Virus record (IMG/VR): IMGVR_UViG_3300031857_011362
Coordinates: 60,443-124,442 of that record
DNA from: a virus
Direction: 5' to 3' (one strand)
Length of the DNA: 64,000 nucleotides
Shown here: positions 43,578 to 53,091 of the stretch, one piece after another
Position numbering within the stretch: position 1 is the first letter of the stretch
Layout of the letters: every line of letters starts with the position of its first letter
Translations under genes and position numbers: made by a program
Notes under the pieces: model-generated
The model's input: only the letters and a program-made list of their open reading frames with translations
Databases searched by the model: none
Told to the model about the DNA's origin: nothing

Positions 43578-44741
43578 ATGAGTAATTACATACCCTTACC
43601 ACAAACAATATCAGCTTTGCCTATGGCAGGGTGTGAGTGGTATTGGTATGACATTTACGATATAATAAATTCATCTATATACAGAGAGAACTTATTCAAT
43701 AGTGTTGGTAGTTCTGCTAAAGATTATTTTTTGTTTCGAAAAGGAACAACCATGCGTGGATCGTACAGTAGATATGATAGACTTGACTTTCCGCAAAAAT
43801 TACTGACAAACAGTGTTTATTGTATCCAACCTGATTTATCGGATACATGTGCTACATCATTTGAAACCATTACTAATAATAGAGCATTGATACTATTAGA
43901 AGTTGCAAAAAAATACAGGCAAGTTTTTTTATTTTATAGCGGCGGACTTGATAGTACTACTATACTATGCTCTCTGTTAAAAAATTGGGGTAGTCAAGAC
44001 TTAGCTAGAATTACATTGGTTATGAATCAATATTCAATAGATGAAAATAAAAACTTTTATGAAAATTTTATTCAGAATAAATTTACTACCGTTAGCACAA
44101 CTGATTATTTTAGCAATAGATTAATGAACAATGAATCGCTGTATATTACAGGTGACCTCGGTGGTGCTCTAATGAATAGTGATAACTCTGACGTTACTAA
44201 AATATTTTCAAAAACATATAATAAACCCTGGAAGTCTAACGTAGATAGTATACTTAAATATTTTACTGATAATTCTACAACTGCAAACGGCATTAAAACG
44301 TTTGAAAAGATAACACAAACCTTTGACAAGCTACACTATGAAGTTGAATCAATTAACGATTTCTTTTGGTGGGTCAATTTCAATTGGGGTTGGGATATAG
44401 AATTGTATTACGCTATTTGGTACTGGAGACTTTCACCCGAAACTGATACAAAAGATTTTTTAGAAAAAAATCTGTTCTTGTGGTTTAATACTATGGAATA
44501 TCAAGTATGGGCCATCACTAATAGTGAACCGAAGATAGGTGATTTGGTTAGTATGGACAAACTACCTATGAAAAAATATATTTACGATTTTAATAATGAT
44601 CGTGATTATTTTTTGTATAAAAAAGATGAGGCCTCAGTTTCAAAAAATAAATCGTTAATAACTACGAGGCTCTGCGGGGTCGATAGTAATTATAACATTT
44701 ATTATCGCAAGCTAAATAATAGTATACCTTCAAGGAAATAA
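43578..44741 (+). CDS. PP-loop ATP pyrophosphatase (asparagine-synthetase/QueC-like)
   Basis: FYSGGLDST PP-loop, YITGD.GG. Confidence 0.7.
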   Translation: MSNYIPLPQTISALPMAGCEWYWYDIYDIINSSIYRENLFNSVGSSAKDYFLFRKGTTMRGSYSRYDRLDFPQKLLTNSVYCIQPDLSDTCATSFETITNNRALILLEVAKKYRQVFLFYSGGLDSTTILCSLLKNWGSQDLARITLVMNQYSIDENKNFYENFIQNKFTTVSTTDYFSNRLMNNESLYITGDLGGALMNSDNSDVTKIFSKTYNKPWKSNVDSILKYFTDNSTTANGIKTFEKITQTFDKLHYEVESINDFFWWVNFNWGWDIELYYAIWYWRLSPETDTKDFLEKNLFLWFNTMEYQVWAITNSEPKIGDLVSMDKLPMKKYIYDFNNDRDYFLYKKDEASVSKNKSLITTRLCGVDSNYNIYYRKLNNSIPSRK

Positions 44742-44743
44742 TC

Positions 44744-45049
44744 ATGAGCTACCAAATTACAATAACTTTCAAAAAAACTACAGAGACTCCGGAAAATGCA
44801 TTCAGTACTATTCCGATTCGTGAACCTAATGAAAATGTTACACAAGCACAAATTACTGCATTAGATAGTGCTTATCCGCACCAATTTGAAATGCGTATGA
44901 TACAGGATCAACTAACGATCACTTATACATATAACTCAAAAGAAGATTATGACGCAGTAGTTAATCATGCTGTTACTCAGGATTTACGTACAAGACGATT
45001 AGCTTGGGCGGAACTCAATAAAGTTACAATCTCTACAAGAGAAGTGTAA
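44744..45049 (+). CDS. Hypothetical protein
   Basis: RBS AAGGA, 101 aa. Confidence 0.6.
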   Translation: MSYQITITFKKTTETPENAFSTIPIREPNENVTQAQITALDSAYPHQFEMRMIQDQLTITYTYNSKEDYDAVVNHAVTQDLRTRRLAWAELNKVTISTREV

Positions 45050-45055
45050 TTAATT

Positions 45056-45131
45056 GCGGCTGTAGCTCAGTTGGTAGAGCATCACGTTGCCAACGTGAAT
45101 GTCACCGGTTCGAACCCGGTTAGCCGCTCCA
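45056..45131 (+). tRNA. trnG: tRNA-Gly(GCC)
   Basis: Cloverleaf, loop TTGCCAA, U73, CCA. Confidence 0.95.
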
Positions 45132-45156
45132 AATTTTTTAACCAAAGAAAGAAACT

Positions 45157-45390
45157 ATGACAGATACAAGAATACAATATTCAAGTGAAGCAGCCGTTAC
45201 CATGGTCGAAAACAGATTCGACCTAGTACTCATTGCCTCAACAAGAGTTAGAGAATTAAAGAGTGGCCACAAATCTACACTTGGTAGTAAGAGTGGACCA
45301 GTAACTACGGCACTTCAAGAAATTGAACAAGGTCTAATAGGTCGTGAGTATCTAAAACGAGTTAGAGAAAACGCAAGAGCCGGAAAATAA
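45157..45390 (+). CDS. rpoZ: RNA polymerase omega subunit homolog
   Basis: NRFDLVLIAS.R.REL..G..V.TALQEIE.G. Confidence 0.88.
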   Translation: MTDTRIQYSSEAAVTMVENRFDLVLIASTRVRELKSGHKSTLGSKSGPVTTALQEIEQGLIGREYLKRVRENARAGK

Positions 45391-45395
45391 TATAT

Positions 45396-45485
45396 GGAAG
45401 ATAGGCTGCATGGCGCGGACACGGTCTTGAAAACCGTCCCACTTATGATGAATAGGTGACAGTTCGATTCTGTTATCTTCCTCCA
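45396..45485 (+). tRNA. trnS: tRNA-Ser(TGA), atypical D arm
   Basis: GGAAGAT/ATCTTCC, loop CTTGAAA, long variable arm, CCA. Confidence 0.85.
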
Positions 45486-45502
45486 AATTCTATTAATGAA
45501 AA

Positions 45503-46090
45503 TTATTGACTAACTTCGGTTAGTGTCGCTGCAAGCTCGATAAAACCATATTGATAATCTTTTAATAAAACTATCATATGTTCAAGTGTTTCTTTCCGAT
45601 GTTGAAAGTTTTTTAAATCTTTGTTGCGAGTTGATAGTTGAGTTTCTAAAAATCCTAAAAGAAGATTTTCTTCTTGTGGATTTTTATGTATCAATTTTTT
45701 CTTTGCAACATTCAGATTTACAATCTGTTGATTACATTGTGCTATGCTCAATTCATTTCGAGTTAACTCTCCGTTAACTTCATAACGCATAGTGTCTATT
45801 AAATTTGCATGGTGTAAATCAATATTAGCAATTACGGTAAAGAAAACGTTAGCTAGTTGTGAAATTGCCTCAGCCCCTACATTTAGGGATTCTGCGGTAG
45901 AGTTAGTTTCATCATATAATTTCCTGCGACTTGGGTCAATTAAAACCTCGTATGCAAATTTTATTCGTTGAAATTTTTCAGTATTTCCTCCTTTATCGGG
46001 ATGGTGTATATTAGCTAAATGACGATATTGGTGTTTGATTTCTTCAATCGTGCAATTTCTGGGTAATTCTAGTTCTTCATAAAGAGTCAT
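45503..46090 (-). CDS. J-domain (DnaJ-like) protein
   Basis: HHPDKGG..F..I..AYEVL.DP; paralog of 36727..37314. Confidence 0.88.
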   Translation of the reverse strand: MTLYEELELPRNCTIEEIKHQYRHLANIHHPDKGGNTEKFQRIKFAYEVLIDPSRRKLYDETNSTAESLNVGAEAISQLANVFFTVIANIDLHHANLIDTMRYEVNGELTRNELSIAQCNQQIVNLNVAKKKLIHKNPQEENLLLGFLETQLSTRNKDLKNFQHRKETLEHMIVLLKDYQYGFIELAATLTEVSQ

Positions 46091-46253
46091 ACTAGTATTT
46101 AGTTTGTCCAAATAAGTAGTAAACATTAGCGATGAATGTTATAATTTATGTTAACAATAAAGTAAAGTGAAATGACTACAGCAATTTAAAAAATTCTAAA
46201 GTAAAATACCCATAGAAAGCGGTTGTAGAACAGTAGCAGACATTATTAATTAT

Positions 46254-47048
46254 ATGAAAATTTTAATCACAGGCACCACAGGTTTTATAGGCAGTAATGC
46301 AGTAAAGCACTTTGAATCAAATCATACAATTGACTGTTACGAATGGTCAAATGAGAAACCAATCATAAGCAATTATGATTGGGTTCTCCACTTCGGTGCC
46401 ATATCTAGTACTACTGAACGTGATGTAGAAAAGATTATGCGACAAAATCTAGACTTTAGTTGCTGGTTACTAAGCGAATGCAATCGTACAGGAGCCAACT
46501 TACAATATAGTAGTAGTGCTAGCGTATACGGCATGACCAGAAGTTTTGTAGAGACAGATCCAGTTTCACCGCAAAGTCCATATGCATGGAGCAAGTATTT
46601 GTTTGAGCGTCATGTCAAACAAACTAAACTAGACATTATTGCACAAGGATTTAGATACTTCAATGTATATGGGCCGGGAGAAGATCATAAGGGAAAACAA
46701 GCTAGCCCATATCATCAATTCACACAACAAGCAATAAACAACGGTGTCATTAAGTTATTCGAAAACAGTAACCTCTATCTTAGAGATTTTGTGCCTGTTA
46801 GCAGTATAATAGACATACATGAAAAATTCTTGTCTGTTAAAAATTCAGGTGTATGGAATATCGGTACCGGAGTTACTAAGAGTTTTTTAGATGTTGCCAC
46901 TGAAGTTATACAAAAACACCCGGCACGAATAGAATATATACCAATGCCTTATATACTAAAACAAAGCTATCAGACATACACCTGTGCAGACCTAACGCAC
47001 TTACATGAGACATTAAATGAAAACAATATTTGTAAATGGTACATTTGA
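46254..47048 (+). CDS. hldD: ADP-L-glycero-D-manno-heptose 6-epimerase-like
   Basis: TG..GFIG, GAISSTTE.D, YSSSA.VYG, YA.SK, FRYFNVYGP.E..KG. Confidence 0.85.
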   Translation: MKILITGTTGFIGSNAVKHFESNHTIDCYEWSNEKPIISNYDWVLHFGAISSTTERDVEKIMRQNLDFSCWLLSECNRTGANLQYSSSASVYGMTRSFVETDPVSPQSPYAWSKYLFERHVKQTKLDIIAQGFRYFNVYGPGEDHKGKQASPYHQFTQQAINNGVIKLFENSNLYLRDFVPVSSIIDIHEKFLSVKNSGVWNIGTGVTKSFLDVATEVIQKHPARIEYIPMPYILKQSYQTYTCADLTHLHETLNENNICKWYI

Positions 47049-47415
47049 TTTACTACACCCGGGTCACCTTGTACTACTAAATACGGCACGAAGCATGGGT
47101 GACTATCTAATAGTTGCTATTGATAGCGACCGCCGCGTCAAGGAATTGAAGGGAGATGATCGGCCAATAAATTCTCAACAGGACAGACAAACCTTGCTAA
47201 GTAATATAAAAGTAGTAGATTTAGTTGACATATTTGACACTGATGAAGAACTAATTGAATTGATCAAACTATACAAACCTGATATCATGCTTAAGGGCAG
47301 TGATTGGAAAGGTAAGCCTATTATAGGTGAAAGCTACTGCAAGAAGATAGAATATTATGACAGAATTGAAGAATACTCAACCACCAAAACGATTCAACGT
47401 ATTACTAATAGGTGA
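47017..47415 (+). CDS. Cytidylyltransferase-family nucleotidyltransferase (HldE domain II-like)
   Basis: NGTFDLLHPGH, DSD..V..LKG..RPIN, KGSD. Confidence 0.88.
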   Translation: MKTIFVNGTFDLLHPGHLVLLNTARSMGDYLIVAIDSDRRVKELKGDDRPINSQQDRQTLLSNIKVVDLVDIFDTDEELIELIKLYKPDIMLKGSDWKGKPIIGESYCKKIEYYDRIEEYSTTKTIQRITNR

Positions 47416-48136
47416 TAGTTGTGTTGATGAATATTGTTATGGTACAATTGATAGATTAAGTCCTGAGGCGCCTATACCTGTATTAAAGTTTGTCACTACC
47501 GCTAGTAACCCGGGCATGGCGGCAAATGTAAAAGAGAACTTACTGGCATTCGGTTTAGATGTTGACTTTGTAACCAACAACGAGCAAATTACTAAAACTC
47601 GCTATGTTGAAATTAAATCAGGCCAGCACTTGTTGAGGGTCGACACCGATACTGAATTGCTTCCGTGGAGAGGTCACGTACCGTTCCCCCTAACAGATTA
47701 TGATGCAATAGTTATATCAGATTATAATAAAGGCTTTGTTACTTACGAGGTAATTGAAAAATTAAGAATCGATTTTCAAGGCCCTATCTTTGTTGACACT
47801 AAGAAACAAGACTTAGCACGATTCAGTGGTTGTTACGTTAAAATTAATGAATCAGAATACAAGGTAAGCACCAGTCAGTGTGAGACACTGATTGTTACAA
47901 AAGGTGGTAAGGGTGCAATGTACAAAGATATACTATATGCTACGGTTAAACAAGATGTAGTTGATGTATGTGGTGCAGGGGATACCTTTCTGGCTGCATT
48001 GACCTATGAATTCTTAAACACAAATTGCATAGTACAAGCCATAGACTTTGCTAATAAGTGTTCAGCTATTACTGTTGGTCACCGAGGTGTGTATGCATTA
48101 TCATACGAAGACATACAGAAAGTTACATCAAAATGA
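47357..48136 (+). CDS. PfkB-family sugar kinase (HldE domain I-like)
   Basis: GD..VD.Y..G..RLSPEAPIP, ISDYNKG, DVCGAGDTF. Confidence 0.88.
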   Translation: MTELKNTQPPKRFNVLLIGDSCVDEYCYGTIDRLSPEAPIPVLKFVTTASNPGMAANVKENLLAFGLDVDFVTNNEQITKTRYVEIKSGQHLLRVDTDTELLPWRGHVPFPLTDYDAIVISDYNKGFVTYEVIEKLRIDFQGPIFVDTKKQDLARFSGCYVKINESEYKVSTSQCETLIVTKGGKGAMYKDILYATVKQDVVDVCGAGDTFLAALTYEFLNTNCIVQAIDFANKCSAITVGHRGVYALSYEDIQKVTSK

Positions 48137-48489
48137 GATTAGAAGGCTTTGTAGAGAAGGGTTGGGGTTCAGAATTTATTTTTGCTACCAATGACAAGTA
48201 CTGCGGCAAGCTATTGAAATTTAATACTGGTTCTAAATTCAGTATGCACTTTCATGCTGAGAAAGATGAAACGTGGTATGTGTTAAGTGGGAAGTTCCTG
48301 ATAAAGTGGATAGACACTATTAATGCAAAACAGTACGAAGAAGAAATATCAGAAGGCGCGGCTTGGCGTAACATGCCATTGTCCCCGCATCAAGTCATAT
48401 GCATTGAAGAGGGAATATTAATTGAGGTAAGTACACCCGATTCAGTGGAAGACAATTACCGAGTATTGCCCGGAGACAGTCAAGCATGA
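48133..48489 (+). CDS. Cupin-domain protein (sugar isomerase-like)
   Basis: KGWG, SMHFH..KDETWYV, PHQ..EVSTP. Confidence 0.75.
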   Translation: MRLEGFVEKGWGSEFIFATNDKYCGKLLKFNTGSKFSMHFHAEKDETWYVLSGKFLIKWIDTINAKQYEEEISEGAAWRNMPLSPHQVICIEEGILIEVSTPDSVEDNYRVLPGDSQA

Positions 48490-48788
48490 AATATATTGTT
48501 GACATTGACGGAACCATTTGCACCAATACATTTGGAGACTATTCGTCTGCTGAACCATATGTTGAAAGAATCAAACGCTTCAATCAGCTATTCGATGAAG
48601 GCCACGAGATTCACTATTGGACTGCCCGTGGTAGTACCAGCAAAGTAGATTGGACTTCCCTCACACAACAACAGATTGCTAATTGGGAAGTAAAATATAC
48701 AAGTATTAAATTGGGTAAACCATCATACGACATTTGGATAGATGATAAAGCTACCAACTCAGAGATTTTTTTCAAGCAAGCGCCTTAG
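48486..48788 (+). CDS. HAD-family phosphatase-like protein
   Basis: VDIDGTI, WTARG, KPSYD.WIDD. Confidence 0.75.
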   Translation: MKYIVDIDGTICTNTFGDYSSAEPYVERIKRFNQLFDEGHEIHYWTARGSTSKVDWTSLTQQQIANWEVKYTSIKLGKPSYDIWIDDKATNSEIFFKQAP

Positions 48789-48858
48789 ACGAACATTCGC
48801 ATACCTTACGTTCTTTATTATATTACTTAGACTATATTTGAGCAACTAGGGCGTTTAT

Positions 48859-48887
48859 TTGACAAATATCCTACACTATGCTATAAT
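48859..48887 (+). promoter_or_regulatory. sigma70-type promoter
   Basis: TTGACA-N17-TATAAT. Confidence 0.8.
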
Positions 48888-48907
48888 AGTATCAACAGGA
48901 GAAAATT

Positions 48908-49522
48908 ATGCCAGCTGTATTCTTAGTCAGCGACACCCACTTTGGGCATGTAGGCGTTTGTAAATTCACAAACAAAGATGGTGCTAAAATGCGTCCATGG
49001 ACTGATCCGGATGAGATGGATGAAGAAATGGTTAAGCGTTGGAACGAAACTGTTCGACCTAACGACAAAGTTTATCATTTAGGTGATGTGGTTATTAACC
49101 GCAAAGCAATGAAAACACTGTCACGTTTGAACGGTGATAAAGTATTGATTCGCGGTAACCATGATATCTTCCGTGATGATGAGTATAGAGAACACTTCCG
49201 TGAACTACGTGCTTATCATGTAATGAATGGTATGATATTAAGTCATATCCCAATCCATGAGGCATCGTTGGGTCGTTTTGGAACTAACATCCACGGGCAC
49301 TTACATGCAAATCGTGTAATGAAAAAAGCCTGGGTTGACAAAGTTAGTATGCATGATCCTAGACCATACATAATTGAAGAAGAAGTAGTTGACCCAAGGT
49401 ATCATTGCGTATGCGTTGAGCATACTAACTTTAGACCCATACTGTTCGAGGATGTTATCAAACGTATTGAAGCAGAAGGTGGGAGTGTTGGGTTTAAGAA
49501 TGGCAACGGTCCTACTATGTAA
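48908..49522 (+). CDS. Calcineurin-like metallophosphoesterase
   Basis: SDTHFGH, LGD, GNHD, SH.P, HGHLH. Confidence 0.9.
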   Translation: MPAVFLVSDTHFGHVGVCKFTNKDGAKMRPWTDPDEMDEEMVKRWNETVRPNDKVYHLGDVVINRKAMKTLSRLNGDKVLIRGNHDIFRDDEYREHFRELRAYHVMNGMILSHIPIHEASLGRFGTNIHGHLHANRVMKKAWVDKVSMHDPRPYIIEEEVVDPRYHCVCVEHTNFRPILFEDVIKRIEAEGGSVGFKNGNGPTM

Positions 49523-49532
49523 TAAATAATCA

Positions 49533-50294
49533 ATGAAAAACTTTTTAATTTCATTACTACTATCGCCACTGATAGCTATGGCTACTACGAATACAATTGT
49601 TTACAATGTAACTAGTAACCAAGTTATCAGTGGCGACCTCATTGAAAAAAAGGTTAGTATTGCAAGCATTAGTAAATTGATGACTGTTTACACTGTATTG
49701 ACACAAAATCAACCATTGAATGAAAAGTTAACTGTTAAAAGTAACAAAGTACCTAATACTAGAATTAGTAAAGGAATGGTGTTGACCAGACATGACCTTC
49801 TTAAATTAGCACTAGTTGGCAGTGATAATCTAGCGGCAGTAACACTATCTGAAAACTATCCGGGCGGAAGAATCAAATTCATTGAAGAAATGAATCACAA
49901 TGCAAGGGCACTTGGAATGGTCAACAGTGGATTTGTCGAGCCGACCGGACTAAGCCCCATGAACTACAGTACCATCCAAGATGTTATTAGATTAACCACA
50001 GTTGTTAGTAGTTTTGAGATTGTCCAATTAGCGGCACAATCTCACGGGGAAGTAACTCAGTATTCCAAAGGTAAAAAGAATGCTAAATTTTCTAGCAACC
50101 CAACTAGTAAGTACTTTGGGCAACAGGGCATTATTGCTATCAAAACTGGATTCACTAAGGCCGCGGGATTTTGCATTACAATGTTAGTTAACGTTAACAA
50201 TCAGTTATACAACATAACCGTTCTGGGTGCAAAGACAAAACAAGAACGAGAGACACTCATCAACCAATCTTTGGACATTATTTATCGCATATAA
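49533..50294 (+). CDS. Peptidase S11 D-Ala-D-Ala carboxy/endopeptidase
   Basis: Signal peptide; SxxK (SISK), SDN, KTGFT..AG.C. Confidence 0.9.
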   Translation: MKNFLISLLLSPLIAMATTNTIVYNVTSNQVISGDLIEKKVSIASISKLMTVYTVLTQNQPLNEKLTVKSNKVPNTRISKGMVLTRHDLLKLALVGSDNLAAVTLSENYPGGRIKFIEEMNHNARALGMVNSGFVEPTGLSPMNYSTIQDVIRLTTVVSSFEIVQLAAQSHGEVTQYSKGKKNAKFSSNPTSKYFGQQGIIAIKTGFTKAAGFCITMLVNVNNQLYNITVLGAKTKQERETLINQSLDIIYRI

Positions 50295-50332
50295 TATGCG
50301 TATTTAATGCACGAAGTATAAATACATTTACT

Positions 50333-50836
50333 ATGCTACACTTCATCAAAGACCTCACACACCAACTACTTAGCTTTATTAAAGATGATCCTGTACGCCC
50401 TGAAATCCCTGCTGATTTTAGAGTTAGTAATGGTAGAATGGTAGCGGCATTAACTGATGATACCGAAGAGACAAATCCTGAAGCAATGGTGTGTATTAGC
50501 TTTCATGATTTTGTACCACAGGATGTTAATGATTTGAGTAGTACTACAGTAGTTCCAACTACCGCAGTATTCTATACTATCTGGAGTTATAAAGCAGGTA
50601 AGGGCAGAGAGTTATTGATTGGCGCAGTCAGAGAAATTCAAAAATCCCATCCTAGCGTAACACGATTTGTAACACTAAGTCCTAAAACTGAAATGGCCAG
50701 ACGATTCCATTTAAAAAATGGTGCTATTGTTTTCCGTGAAAATATAGATACTGTTAATTATGAATATGCTCAGTCGGTTCATAAGGAAGAAACTGATAAT
50801 GGAAATAAAGTATTATTACCAGAACAATCAGTATAG
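50333..50836 (+). CDS. Hypothetical protein (GNAT-like)
   Basis: FYTIWSY..G.GRELL, VTLSP..ARRFH..NGA. Confidence 0.5.
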   Translation: MLHFIKDLTHQLLSFIKDDPVRPEIPADFRVSNGRMVAALTDDTEETNPEAMVCISFHDFVPQDVNDLSSTTVVPTTAVFYTIWSYKAGKGRELLIGAVREIQKSHPSVTRFVTLSPKTEMARRFHLKNGAIVFRENIDTVNYEYAQSVHKEETDNGNKVLLPEQSV

Positions 50837-51236
50837 TCATAATCACGAAACTATAATAACTCTATTTGCAAATAGAGTATCCAAGATAATAGAGTTACCT
50901 GAATCATTGGAAGTATGTTTATACCCATTACCAAATAATGTTTATGGCGGGATAGATATGAATCATGTTAATCGAATCGGCATTAACTATGATTTACCAT
51001 TAGAGTTAATACCTAAAATACTTACACATGAGTTAATACATGTTAATCAAAAACATACTGGTATATTAACTATTAAGTCAAATGGAATGTGTTATTGGCA
51101 TGGCATTCCCTATACTAAAAAACTACCTGAGGAAATGAGTTATGAAGAATATAATAATCTACCATGGGAACTTGATGTTGCTAAAAAACAACAGGAAATC
51201 TATCTAAAAGCCCTAGACTTAGTTAGTGAACACTAA
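50799..51236 (+). CDS. HExxH metallopeptidase-like protein
   Basis: THELIHV.Q..PWE. Confidence 0.7.
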   Translation: MEIKYYYQNNQYSHNHETIITLFANRVSKIIELPESLEVCLYPLPNNVYGGIDMNHVNRIGINYDLPLELIPKILTHELIHVNQKHTGILTIKSNGMCYWHGIPYTKKLPEEMSYEEYNNLPWELDVAKKQQEIYLKALDLVSEH

Positions 51237-51254
51237 CTTAATAATCTCGAAAAT

Positions 51255-51283
51255 TTGACAATAAATGGGTTCGGGTATATAAT
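51255..51283 (+). promoter_or_regulatory. sigma70-type early promoter (TTGACAATAAATGG family)
   Basis: TTGACA-N17-TATAAT. Confidence 0.85.
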
Positions 51284-51289
51284 ACATAC

Positions 51290-51628
51290 ATGAACTCGAA
51301 AAACAACCGCAAACGTAGAACTGATCGTAATCAAGTTATCTATTACATCCAAGATGTAGTGACACTTGACTACTACATCGGCTTGACTGCTATGTGCTTT
51401 GCAGGCAATGTTCGCAAGACACTTACCCGTCGTATGCAAAAACATATGCAACGTGCCTTGACAGAAAACAAAAACTGGGGTCTGAGTCGTGCTTTGCGTG
51501 AACAAGGCGCCGAGCGTTTTGTATTCGGAGTCGTTGAAGTTGTCCGAGGTAAAAGTCCTGCTCATGCACGTGAGACAGAATTAATCAACAGTTTACAACC
51601 TGCACTTAACACATTTGGAGTAAAGTAA
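51290..51628 (+). CDS. Small GIY-YIG domain protein
   Basis: VIYYI..YYIG..R..H..E..LIN..P.LN. Confidence 0.7.
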   Translation: MNSKNNRKRRTDRNQVIYYIQDVVTLDYYIGLTAMCFAGNVRKTLTRRMQKHMQRALTENKNWGLSRALREQGAERFVFGVVEVVRGKSPAHARETELINSLQPALNTFGVK

Positions 51629-51852
51629 TGAACACACAAATTGAAAAATTAATTAACGATACAGTACAAATTTTGGATCGTGATCCTTTGAGTCAATCTG
51701 AGGACACTTATAGTATTCTACTAAAGTTTACGCAAGCCCTTGCTACTGAACTGGGTGAAATCGTAGTTCAAGATCCTGTCAAAGATGGTGTTCGTATGTA
51801 CTTTGATGAAAAGATCGCCCGTTATGTAATTAAGAAAAGTGTAGGACTGTAA
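51628..51852 (+). CDS. Hypothetical protein
   Basis: Coupled ORF. Confidence 0.55.
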   Translation: MNTQIEKLINDTVQILDRDPLSQSEDTYSILLKFTQALATELGEIVVQDPVKDGVRMYFDEKIARYVIKKSVGL

Positions 51853-51936
51853 AATGCAAGCATATATTAATTTGTGTATCGTAATGTTACCCGTCATTGT
51901 GATGGGTCTAGCAATTATTATAAAGGATGGTTTCTA

Positions 51937-52164
51937 ATGAAGTTGAATGATATCTTACAATGGGTAGGTGCAGTATTCATTATCATTGGACACGTTTGTA
52001 ATTCACTAGGTCCTGATGCATACCCCTACAACATTGTAGCATTCACATTAGGTACTATTATGTTTATGACTTGGACTATTCGTGTAAAGAATCGTCCTCA
52101 ATTGGTTGTCAATATGGTGGCAATCGTAACATGTTTGATAGGTCTTGTTAAGGCTTATAGTTAA
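51937..52164 (+). CDS. Small membrane protein
   Basis: Three hydrophobic segments, RBS AAGGA. Confidence 0.6.
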   Translation: MKLNDILQWVGAVFIIIGHVCNSLGPDAYPYNIVAFTLGTIMFMTWTIRVKNRPQLVVNMVAIVTCLIGLVKAYS

Positions 52165-52174
52165 GGAGTATAGT

Positions 52175-52456
52175 ATGAGAGACGGATATGGAGTATGCCC
52201 TGTTTGTAACGGGACTTGTCAAGTTGAATTGACAGAACAAGAAAAAAGTTATTCTTGGAATAAAGATATGACACATCGTAGTTGTCACAATTGCGGAGGT
52301 CAGTATATGTACAGTACCGCTAAGGGTGAAGTACGATTAAACAATGAAGGTGTGCCTTGTACACATAGTTATACAAGTACCAACGACGGCCGTTGTTTAA
52401 CAGGTTACACGTGTAAACATTGTGGAGATCGTTATCAAATTGACTCAGGAGATTGA
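52175..52456 (+). CDS. Zn-finger protein
   Basis: CPVC, CHNC, CKHC; RBS AAGGAG. Confidence 0.6.
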   Translation: MRDGYGVCPVCNGTCQVELTEQEKSYSWNKDMTHRSCHNCGGQYMYSTAKGEVRLNNEGVPCTHSYTSTNDGRCLTGYTCKHCGDRYQIDSGD

Positions 52457-52460
52457 TCTG

Positions 52461-52889
52461 ATGGAATATAAAATTGAATCATCGAATGTAAAAATACAAA
52501 AGTTTTTAGAATCTCTTATGCCTTCGTTTATTAAACAGTTAGGACTTACTAATAGCAAACGTGCGGTTCTAGTAAAAGTTACCAAAGACTTAGACAAAAA
52601 TTTTCAAGGTTCTACAATGAACATTGAAGTAGCAGACTGTATGATAGTATTAATCAAACCACCAAAACGGCTTACTCCTATGAGCTTGATAGATATGTCG
52701 GGCACACTAGCACATGAAATGGTACACGTTAAACAATTGGCTAAAGGTCAAATGAAACTTCTTCCGAATGAAGTTAGGATGTGGAAAGGTAAACGCTACA
52801 GTAAAAAAACAAAGTACTTAGACATGCCTTGGGAAATTGATGCATTTTCTAAACAAGAACTGCTATTACGTAGAGCACTAGAGCTATAA
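52461..52889 (+). CDS. HExxH metallopeptidase-like protein
   Basis: AHEMVHVKQ..PWEIDA. Confidence 0.7.
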   Translation: MEYKIESSNVKIQKFLESLMPSFIKQLGLTNSKRAVLVKVTKDLDKNFQGSTMNIEVADCMIVLIKPPKRLTPMSLIDMSGTLAHEMVHVKQLAKGQMKLLPNEVRMWKGKRYSKKTKYLDMPWEIDAFSKQELLLRRALEL

Positions 52890-52900
52890 AGGATTATATA

Positions 52901-53083
52901 ATGAAAACTGTTGACACATGGCTTGATGAAAATGATATTGCCCGTTTGTGGAAAGTAATACAGGGGGAACTACCGCATGCGGCAGCATCCTCCGATGAAA
53001 TGGATGAGTTTCTAAAATTGGTAACGCATGTAGCAATGGTAAAGATGGGTGGAGTTGAATATCAAACTTCCACTATACAGTAA
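52901..53083 (+). CDS. Hypothetical protein
   Basis: RBS AAGGA. Confidence 0.5.
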   Translation: MKTVDTWLDENDIARLWKVIQGELPHAAASSDEMDEFLKLVTHVAMVKMGGVEYQTSTIQ

Positions 53084-53091
53084 GGAATGAT

